From: Pseudomonadota bacterium
GTDB taxonomy: Bacteria > Pseudomonadota > Alphaproteobacteria > MPNO01 > UBA830
Length of the DNA stretch: 64,000 nt
Direction of reading: 5' to 3'
Assembly: GCA_036339975.1 (NCBI GenBank)
Contig: JAYYZV010000020.1
Span: forward strand, 10,430-74,429
Below the pieces are notes generated by a model. It had not been told where the DNA came from. It searched no databases and saw only the letters and a program-made list of their open reading frames with translations. Position 1 is the first letter of the stretch. Each line of letters begins with the position of its first letter. The position numbers and the translations under genes are program-made. Shown here in pieces: positions 39,406 through 47,153 of the stretch.

Positions 39406-39746
39406 CTTTTCTCCCACAAAACTGCCAGTTTTTAGACATTCTATGGAATCCGCGGGATTTGATCCTGATCAGACTTCTTAGCGTCACGGGAAATATCACA
39501 GGCGAGCAACCAAGTTGTTAACTTTTCGTTCGAGGGCCTGATTCTATCGAACGAATACATGAAAATATTTAACAATTGGGCAATTCAGAATATTTTATTT
39601 CAAATATAACTGCCACATAAAGGTTTTGTGAGAAGATAGGGCCAAGAAATTGTGAGTAACGTGTGGTCCGGATTGCCCAGATCCCCCGCCTTTGCTCTAC
39701 GTTATAAATCTGTTATCAGCGCTATGAGATTAACCCTGACTTCGAA

Positions 39747-40991
39747 ATGTCGGATAAACAACCGAAAATAGAAAAAATTCAAACGCCGCTCCCTAGAGTT
39801 ACTGGGGTGTTGCGCCACGCGTTTGGGCATAATTTAGTCAACGGTTTCAGCGCCTTCCTTTTCGCTGCGGCAGGTCCCGGTGCAATGATCCTAGCTGTCG
39901 GGAGCGCCGCAAATTTACCTGCCAACCAGATTGCTGTCTGGCTGTTCGCCGGTTACTCACTAAGCGGCGTTCTAACAATATTGGTTTGCTATCTATATCG
40001 TCAGCCGCTGGCCTTCGGATACAGCATGCCGGCGCTGGTTATAGTTGGTCCGGCCCTGATGCACCTCTCGCTTGCGGAGATGGTAGGTGCATATCTGGTT
40101 ACCGGCGCTTTGATTCTTCTTCTCGCGATGACCGGCTTTATCCGCAAAGTGACTGGGGCGTTGCCCGAACCTATCGTGATGGCAATGGTAGCGGGGGTGT
40201 TTCTGCCCTATGGGCTGCGAATGATCGAAGCCTTCGGCACCGGTGTTTGGATAGCTGGCGCGATGATCTGCGGATACCTTTTTTCTTCCGTATCGCCGGC
40301 ATTACAAAGGCGTTTTCCGGCGCTGCTTTCGGCACTAATCGCAGGCACTGCCGCGATCGTATTAACTGGACACTTCAACCCCAGCGACGATATAGGGTTG
40401 CGGATAGTCGCCCCTGTTCTTGTTCGCCCGGACTTTAGCATAACGGCTATTATCGAATTCGTTATCCCCCTGACTATTACTGTTGTAGGCATTCACAATA
40501 CGCAAGGATTTGCGATCCTGCGCAATGCCGGCTACCGACCGCCGGAGAATCTCTCCACGGTAATATGTGGCGGCGGCACGATAGTGTATGGTTTTTTGGG
40601 ATGCGTCCCGACGGTGGTCACTGGGCCGGCGAACGCGATCCTAAATGTATCCGGCGATCGGGCGTGGCGTTTTGTCGGGGGTCTCTGGTTTGGGCTTTTT
40701 TTTATTCTGTTTGGTTTGTTCGCGCCTTCCGCACTGCAGATCGGGCTGGCGCTGCCAGCGGCTTTCATCGCGACTCTCGCGGGGCTCGCTATGATCCCGG
40801 TGCTTCAATCGGCGTTCATCATTGGTTTTGGCGGGAAATTCTCGCTCAGCGCGCTGGTGACCTTTCTGACGACCGTGGCTGGAGTATCGATATACGGTAT
40901 TGGCGCTGCGTTCTGGGGACTGGTTTTCGGTTTCGCAGTTGCGCTAATTGTCGAACGCCCGGATTTCGACGCTCGTCAACCACAAAAATGA
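39747..40991 (+). CDS. BenE-family benzoate/H+ symporter-like membrane protein
   Basis: 414-aa polytopic ORF whose overall layout and N-terminal region resemble the BenE/YdcO family. The assignment is from memory only. Confidence 0.5.
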   Translation: MSDKQPKIEKIQTPLPRVTGVLRHAFGHNLVNGFSAFLFAAAGPGAMILAVGSAANLPANQIAVWLFAGYSLSGVLTILVCYLYRQPLAFGYSMPALVIVGPALMHLSLAEMVGAYLVTGALILLLAMTGFIRKVTGALPEPIVMAMVAGVFLPYGLRMIEAFGTGVWIAGAMICGYLFSSVSPALQRRFPALLSALIAGTAAIVLTGHFNPSDDIGLRIVAPVLVRPDFSITAIIEFVIPLTITVVGIHNTQGFAILRNAGYRPPENLSTVICGGGTIVYGFLGCVPTVVTGPANAILNVSGDRAWRFVGGLWFGLFFILFGLFAPSALQIGLALPAAFIATLAGLAMIPVLQSAFIIGFGGKFSLSALVTFLTTVAGVSIYGIGAAFWGLVFGFAVALIVERPDFDARQPQK

Positions 40992-41032
40992 AGAGCGGCC
41001 GGGCTAACCGCCCGCTCGTTTTCGCAGCGGCC

Positions 41033-41575
41033 CTATATTCCTTTATTGGTATAAGAAGCCGGGTGCGGCGCGCGAAGTGCCTCTAGTCCTTTGCCCACAG
41101 CGACTCCCGCGATTATCATTAATGTAGTTGAAGCTAGAAAACCCGCGACGAAACCGACAGAAACTGACACAGCCATAGCAGACACGTGGGTGGCACCATG
41201 CAATACCGCGAGTGTTATGGCTATTAGAACGGAAATCGCGGCGCTCGGCCGCAGCGCGATCGCGGTTACGAACGCCAGAATTGCTACTGAAGCTAGGATC
41301 GTGGCATCAGTGCCTGAAACCGCAATACCGGCGAGGGCGATTGCTGCCCCTGCAGCCATAAAAACAAAAAATAAGCCCGGGAGTGCCCATGCAGTTTTTC
41401 CTGCCGTGCGGCCCGCCAACACGCCAACAGTAAGCAGTGCTAGCAGATGATCAAGACCGCTGATCGGGTGAAAAAAACCGGTTTCGATGCCAACACCGCT
41501 GTGCGCCTGTGCAGAGGTTGCGCCCAGCGTCGCAATCAGGGTGGTTACTGAAAGCAGTCCTAGTCCATTCTTCAT
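41033..41575 (-). CDS. HupE/UreJ family metal (Ni/Co) transporter
   Basis: A signal peptide followed by HSGVGIETGFFHPISGLDHLLALL (the HPxxGxDH signature), in a 180-aa hydrophobic protein. Confidence 0.75.
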   Translation of the reverse strand: MKNGLGLLSVTTLIATLGATSAQAHSGVGIETGFFHPISGLDHLLALLTVGVLAGRTAGKTAWALPGLFFVFMAAGAAIALAGIAVSGTDATILASVAILAFVTAIALRPSAAISVLIAITLAVLHGATHVSAMAVSVSVGFVAGFLASTTLMIIAGVAVGKGLEALRAPHPASYTNKGI

Positions 41576-41849
41576 TTTTTGGCTCTCCTAATTAATACCC
41601 GCGTCGTCGGATTCACAGGCGCGCATTTTATACAGGCTTTTCTGTCTACGACTCCGATTGAGTCAATGCAAGACGATGCGCCGAGTTTGCGCCGTTGTGA
41701 TAGTATCGGGGGGCGCTCCACTTTTTAACTTTTTTTATAAATTAAAATGACCTTATGCGCGCTAATGGCGATCGCAGTTAATTACGAGATCCCCCTTTAA
41801 TAAGTTATATTGTTAGGATCTTCAGAAGAAAAGCCTACGGAGAAGTGCG

Positions 41850-44162
41850 ATGACGTCACCGCTTGATGGTACGATAACTGCCTCCCACTGGGGGGCCTAC
41901 CGAGTATTGTCCTCCAACGGGCGCGTGACGGGGGTGCAGCCGTTTGAAAATGATCCCGAACCCTCACCGATGATTGATGCTATGCCGGATGTCGTGCATG
42001 CCGATTGCCGGGTCATGCAGCCAATGGTGCGAAAAGGCTGGCTGGAAGATGGTTATCAAAGTGATACCTCCGGGCGTGGTGTGGACCCATTTGTCCCGGT
42101 TTCCTGGGACGAGGCGATGGATCTTGTCGCTACAGAAATAGATCGCATAAGGACCGAAAATGGGAACGAAGCGATTTTTGCTTCGTCCGGTTGGGCCAGT
42201 GCTGGCACATTCCACTCAGCGACCACGCAACTGAAACGGTTTTTCAACGACGTTGGCGGTTTCATCGATCAGGTGACGAACTATTCCTTTGGGTCCGCCT
42301 CTGTGATCGTACCGCGTGTTACGGGCGGGATGGAACCGGTGATACGTCCGACCAGCTGGCCCAATATTGTGGAACATACGGAGCTGTTGGTCGCATTTGG
42401 AGGCATATCGCCTAAGAACAGTCAGGTGTCCAAAGACGGTATCGGGCGGCACGAAACTCAGGGTCATGTTCGCGAAGCAAATCGCGCCGGTATAGGCCTA
42501 GTGCAGATAAGCCCGATCCGGGACGATTTTATCGATGAGGTGGATGTCGAATGGATAGCACCTCGACCGAACACCGACACAGCATTGATGCTGGGAATTG
42601 CACATACGCTTGTAGCGGAGGATCTTCATGATCGGGAATTTTTAGACGTTTATTGCGCTGGTTATGAGCGGTTTGAACCCTACCTCCTTGGCGATAGTGA
42701 TGGTGTTGTGAAAGATGCAGACTGGGCGGCAAACATTACCGGTATCGATGCTGGCCGTCTCCGTTCCCTAGCGCGACGCATGGCTGGGAAGCGAACCATG
42801 ATCACTGTTAGCTGGTCAGTCCAACGCTGCGACCATGGAGAACAGCCCTGCTGGATGGCGATTACTCTTGCTGCGATGCTGGGACAAATCGGGCTGCCCG
42901 GTGGTGGTGTCGGAATTGGATATGGATCGAATGCCACGATCGGCCAACAAGCCTCTAAAATGCCAAATTTGGGCCTGCCGCAGGGCGGTAACAAAGTTAG
43001 CAATTATATCCCCATGGCCCGTGTTGTCGACATGCTACTCAGCCCCGGCGTAGCATATGATTTTAACGGCGAGCGACTAACTTATCCCGATATCCGGATG
43101 GTGTACTGGGCTGGCGGCAACCCGTTCCATAAACAACAAGATCTCAACAGATTTCTAAAAGCTTGGCAGAAGCCGGAAAGCATCATAGTGCACGAACCCT
43201 GGTGGACGCCCGCGGCACGGCGCGCGGATGTGGTGTTGCCGGTCACGACGACGCTTGAACGTAATGATATCGCCGCTGGGCTTAGGGACCGTTTCTTCGT
43301 CGCGATGTATCAGGCCGTGCCGCCGGTAGGCGAGGCCCGAAGCGATTATAGTATTTTTTCTGGACTAGCTGAGCGATTAGGCGTCGCCGAAGAGTTCACG
43401 GAGGGACGGGATGAAATGGAGTGGCTGCGGCATATGTATACGAACGCCCAGAGATCGGCCAGAAAGAGGAAGATCGAGATGCCAGAGTTCGACGCGTTTT
43501 GGGATAGTGGATTCTGGGAGTTTCATACACCAGAGGATTCCTCCATCCTGTTCGAAGGATTTCGTGCAGACCCCGATAAAATGGCGCTAAAAACACCGTC
43601 TGGACGCATCGAGATTTTCTCTAAAACTATTGACGAATTTGGGTATGATGATTGTCCTGGCCATCCGACGTGGTTGGAACCAGCTGAATGGTTGGGGTCG
43701 AAGAAAGTGGCAAAACACCCATTACACCTTATTTCTAACCAGCCGCTGCGGCGTATGCATAGCCAGCTGGATTTCTGCGAACCGAGCCAGAATACCAAGA
43801 TCGCAGGCCGCGAACCCGTATCAATCCACCCCGATGACGCTGCGGCGCGGCAAATTTCGCAGGGCGACGTTGTGCGTCTTTTCAATGATCGCGGCGCGTG
43901 CTTAGCGGGTGCCGATGTAACGGAAAGCGTGCGTCAAGGAGTGGTGCGGCTTTCGACCGGTGCATGGCTTGACCCGCTGGACGCGGCTGATGCCGGTAGC
44001 CTTGAGAAGCACGGCAATCCGAATGTGCTCACGATCGATAAGGGGTCGTCAAGCTTGGCCCAGAGTTGTATTGCTCAGACAGCGCTAGTCGAAGTGGAAC
44101 TCTACGTGGGCGATGCGCCGCCGATCACCGCGTTCGACACGCCTCAGATAGATGCGATATAG
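41850..44162 (+). CDS. bisC: Cytoplasmic DMSO-reductase-family molybdoenzyme, biotin/methionine sulfoxide reductase (BisC)-like
   Basis: The N-terminus TASHWGAYRV...VRKGWLEDG parallels E. coli BisC (TAAHWGPMLV...VRKGFL). No twin-arginine signal is present. 770 aa. Confidence 0.7.
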   Translation: MTSPLDGTITASHWGAYRVLSSNGRVTGVQPFENDPEPSPMIDAMPDVVHADCRVMQPMVRKGWLEDGYQSDTSGRGVDPFVPVSWDEAMDLVATEIDRIRTENGNEAIFASSGWASAGTFHSATTQLKRFFNDVGGFIDQVTNYSFGSASVIVPRVTGGMEPVIRPTSWPNIVEHTELLVAFGGISPKNSQVSKDGIGRHETQGHVREANRAGIGLVQISPIRDDFIDEVDVEWIAPRPNTDTALMLGIAHTLVAEDLHDREFLDVYCAGYERFEPYLLGDSDGVVKDADWAANITGIDAGRLRSLARRMAGKRTMITVSWSVQRCDHGEQPCWMAITLAAMLGQIGLPGGGVGIGYGSNATIGQQASKMPNLGLPQGGNKVSNYIPMARVVDMLLSPGVAYDFNGERLTYPDIRMVYWAGGNPFHKQQDLNRFLKAWQKPESIIVHEPWWTPAARRADVVLPVTTTLERNDIAAGLRDRFFVAMYQAVPPVGEARSDYSIFSGLAERLGVAEEFTEGRDEMEWLRHMYTNAQRSARKRKIEMPEFDAFWDSGFWEFHTPEDSSILFEGFRADPDKMALKTPSGRIEIFSKTIDEFGYDDCPGHPTWLEPAEWLGSKKVAKHPLHLISNQPLRRMHSQLDFCEPSQNTKIAGREPVSIHPDDAAARQISQGDVVRLFNDRGACLAGADVTESVRQGVVRLSTGAWLDPLDAADAGSLEKHGNPNVLTIDKGSSSLAQSCIAQTALVEVELYVGDAPPITAFDTPQIDAI

Positions 44163-44396
44163 GGAGATCCTTTAATGCTGCTGTCTCAAGAAATTTAGAC
44201 CTTTATCCGCACTCGGCGTAACAACTTGTTGCGGCGAGAGTATAATCAACCACAGCCTTGGCGTGGCGAACTTGTGCCTTTATCGAAAAGATCGTCGGGG
44301 AGGAGGGTAAATTTGGGGTCAACTCCATTGACAGGTTAATAGAGCTATTCTTAAGTTTTGATCGATGTACATATATTAAACCTTGGAGACTGGAAA

Positions 44397-45245
44397 ATGG
44401 CAATTTCGCTAAAATCTTTATCTCCTGCGCTTGGAGCTGGCGTTGCGGGTGTCGACCTGCGCGATGGGTTAGACGATGCGGTTATGCGCCAGATACGCGA
44501 GATATGGCTAGATTATTTTGTTGTCGTTATTCCCGGTCAGAATCTTTCAAGCGATGATCAAATTGCGTTTACAGAATGGTTCGGCCCGCGCCAAGAAGTC
44601 AGGACTGTGAAGGTTGTCGATGACGGCCCCCAAAATTTCATGTACGTGGCAAACAAATCGGTCGACGGCATGAAAGGCGTATTGCCGGATGGCGAAATGC
44701 AATTTCATACCGATCAGTGCTATTACGAAACGCCATCGAGGGCGACAATTCTTTACGCGCTGGAAGTCCCGGCAGAAGGTGGCAATACAAAGTTTGCCAA
44801 CGCCTATCGGGCCTATAATTCGCTTGATGATGCGACGAAGGAACGCCTAAAAGGCCTTAAAGCGCATCACGTTTATGACTACGATGCTAATGCAACAGTC
44901 AAAACGAATGAAAGCGCTGCAGATGCGCCGCGATATGAGCACCCGGTCGTTATCCGGCATCCGGAAACTGGACGTGAGGTGCTTTACGTCAATCGACTCA
45001 TGACGGACCATATCGTCGGTATAGAACGGGCTGAGAGCGATGTGTTGCTGGAGGATTTATTCCAGGTACTGGAAGACCCGGCCCACACCTATGAACATGT
45101 ATGGACACCGGGTGATCTGGTGATGTGGGACAATTTCTGCACTTTGCATGCGCGGACATGGTTTGATCCGTCGATGTCGCGTGTCCTGCGGCGCACCACA
45201 GTGGCCGGCGAAGTTCCCAGGCCTGCATTCGCGGCGGCGGCATAA
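44397..45245 (+). CDS. TauD/TfdA family Fe(II)/2-oxoglutarate dioxygenase
   Basis: LGAGVAGVDL N-terminus, FHTDQCY (HxD facial triad), TLHART, and GGAGA-like RBS before the ATG at 44397. Confidence 0.7.
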   Translation: MAISLKSLSPALGAGVAGVDLRDGLDDAVMRQIREIWLDYFVVVIPGQNLSSDDQIAFTEWFGPRQEVRTVKVVDDGPQNFMYVANKSVDGMKGVLPDGEMQFHTDQCYYETPSRATILYALEVPAEGGNTKFANAYRAYNSLDDATKERLKGLKAHHVYDYDANATVKTNESAADAPRYEHPVVIRHPETGREVLYVNRLMTDHIVGIERAESDVLLEDLFQVLEDPAHTYEHVWTPGDLVMWDNFCTLHARTWFDPSMSRVLRRTTVAGEVPRPAFAAAA

Positions 45246-45379
45246 TGCAGTTACACGGAGTTCGACAACGCCTATAAACTGTAATAGGGAAGGCTCCGGG
45301 GGAGATGGGCTAATTGCTTGACGCCTGATGACTGGGCGTAAGAAACTGGTTGCGAGACATCATTTTTGAGGAAACCGGC

Positions 45380-45781
45380 ATGGCTGTTGTCACACCGCTG
45401 TTAACTGTACACAAAGATTTGCCCGATCTGGCATCGCGATTTGTCGAGGTCGACGATATACCCTGGAAACCGACCCCGTGCGATGGTATTGAGATGAAAG
45501 TGCTGGTAGAAAACGAAGATACTGGCATGATGACGGCTCTCTTCAAATGGGCTCCGGGCTCTAAGCTCACCTTCCATGAGCATGTTGATCTTGAGCAGAC
45601 ATTTGTGCTGGAAGGATCGTTAGTCGATGACGAAGGGACCGTGACGGCGGGGAACTATGTCTGGCGGCCCCCGGGAAGCCGGCACGACGCTTGGGCGCCC
45701 GATGGCGCTTTAATCTTGTCAATGTTTCTGAAACCGAACATTTTTCTCGATGGAGAAAACGAGGGTGTACAGCTGCGGTGA
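45380..45781 (+). CDS. Stand-alone cupin, ChrR C-terminal-domain-like
   Basis: WKPTPCDGIEMKVL...APGSKLTFHEHVDLEQTFVLEGSL...WRPPGSRHDAWAP. The ATG at 45380 is preceded by GAGGA. Confidence 0.6.
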   Translation: MAVVTPLLTVHKDLPDLASRFVEVDDIPWKPTPCDGIEMKVLVENEDTGMMTALFKWAPGSKLTFHEHVDLEQTFVLEGSLVDDEGTVTAGNYVWRPPGSRHDAWAPDGALILSMFLKPNIFLDGENEGVQLR

Positions 45782-46091
45782 CGTATTGTCATCCGCCTAA
45801 ACAGTACACCCGGCAGGCCCTAGGCTTTTTTGTGCCTGAGGTTAGTTCTTACTGCGAGAGCAAATTGGCAAAATTAGGTAAGACAAGGACGGTTTTCTGG
45901 AAGACCGTCAAGATAAACATCCCACTAGCGTCAGTCGGACGAACAGCCAAGCTGGATGTACTCCGGCACGAATTTATTTTGGTTAATGGTAATGGGGCAG
46001 TCGGAGGCGGTCAGCCCGCTGCTTAAATATCCAAAGAAATCTGGTTCGATATTGTTTCCCTTGTCCGCAGTTGCCGCGCTAAAATCGTTTC

Positions 46092-46496
46092 ATGTCTGAT
46101 ACAGATGCCGTTTTGTTTGCCAACGAAGCGTTTTACCGGGCTTTTGCCGACCGCGATGAAGAGGCGATGGAAGATCTGTGGTCCGCGTCGGAGATGGTTG
46201 CGTGCCTCCATCCGGGATGGGGACCGCTTATGGGACGCGAGGAAGTGCTGTCAAGCTGGATGGCGATTATCCGCAACCCTGATTCCCCCGAGATACTGTG
46301 TCACAATGCGCATGCTCACGTGTATGGGGAAACCGCCTATGTAATTTGTTTCGAGGAAATTGCCGGCAATTTTCTGGTAGCGACAAACGTATTCGTTCGT
46401 GAAGGCAGGGTATGGAAAATGGTGCATCATCAGGCCGGACCGACCTCGGTCCGCCCCGACCCTCAAGCACAGGAGACGGTAGGGCCGGTAAACTGA
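46092..46496 (+). CDS. SnoaL/NTF2-like (DUF4440-type) protein
   Basis: ANEAFYRAFADRDEEAMEDLWS...VACLHPGW... is typical of NTF2-like small proteins. Confidence 0.6.
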   Translation: MSDTDAVLFANEAFYRAFADRDEEAMEDLWSASEMVACLHPGWGPLMGREEVLSSWMAIIRNPDSPEILCHNAHAHVYGETAYVICFEEIAGNFLVATNVFVREGRVWKMVHHQAGPTSVRPDPQAQETVGPVN

Positions 46497-46512
46497 CGAG
46501 GTCTTTGGCCGT

Positions 46513-47139
46513 CTAATTCTTTTTAATAAACAGTCCTTTGATTGACCGGACGACCAGATTCCATAGCACTTTGAATGCCATACCGCCGACCTGTGCGGGT
46601 GCAGCGGCTTTTTGTGAGGACGGTGGGGCGTCAGGCGATTCTTCCAGACTAATGCTTGGTTCACCCGCTTCGGCCGTCCCAGATTGCTCTACCTCGATCT
46701 GTTTCGCTAAATTGTCAGCGAACTGGCCGATAATCTGGCTGGCTAGGTCTTGGATCATGCCGGCGCCGCGTCCATATTGCGCCACTGAGCCGGAGAGTTG
46801 AAGATCCGTGTGAATTTCTACTTTGGAGCCACCATCGACCGGTTCGAGATGGAAGCCGACATCAGCGTTGGCGCCACCGCGGCCCTTGGCATCAGCACCC
46901 TGCGCCTTGACGGTTGCCTTATGTTCCGCGTTGTCCACGTTCTCGAAAGTTACCGTACCTTGGAAGGTCAGCGCCACCGGACCGAGACGGACAGAGACGT
47001 TGCCCTTGAAGGTCTTGTCGTCGACGATTTCCGTCAGCTCCGCGCCCGGCATAGAGGGTGCGATGCGTTCGATGTCCATCAACGTCTTCCACGCCTGATC
47101 TGGCGGAAGTGGTACTTGAAAGCTGTTGTCGAACTCCAT
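46513..47139 (-). CDS. CoxG-like SRPBCC protein with a C-terminal amphipathic tail
   Basis: MEFDNSFQVPLPPDQAWKTLMDIERIAPSMPGAEL matches CoxG-family N-termini. A low-complexity linker precedes GGMAFKVLWNLVVRSIKGLFIKKN. Confidence 0.7.
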   Translation of the reverse strand: MEFDNSFQVPLPPDQAWKTLMDIERIAPSMPGAELTEIVDDKTFKGNVSVRLGPVALTFQGTVTFENVDNAEHKATVKAQGADAKGRGGANADVGFHLEPVDGGSKVEIHTDLQLSGSVAQYGRGAGMIQDLASQIIGQFADNLAKQIEVEQSGTAEAGEPSISLEESPDAPPSSQKAAAPAQVGGMAFKVLWNLVVRSIKGLFIKKN

Positions 47140-47153
47140 GATGACTCCTGTTT

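Noticed and set aside
41576-41849. A cobalamin or Moco riboswitch between the HupE/UreJ and BisC-like genes.
   Set aside because: I recognised no B12-box-like GCCACTG (or its complement) and no Moco-motif conserved blocks. The region just looks like an AT-rich divergent promoter.
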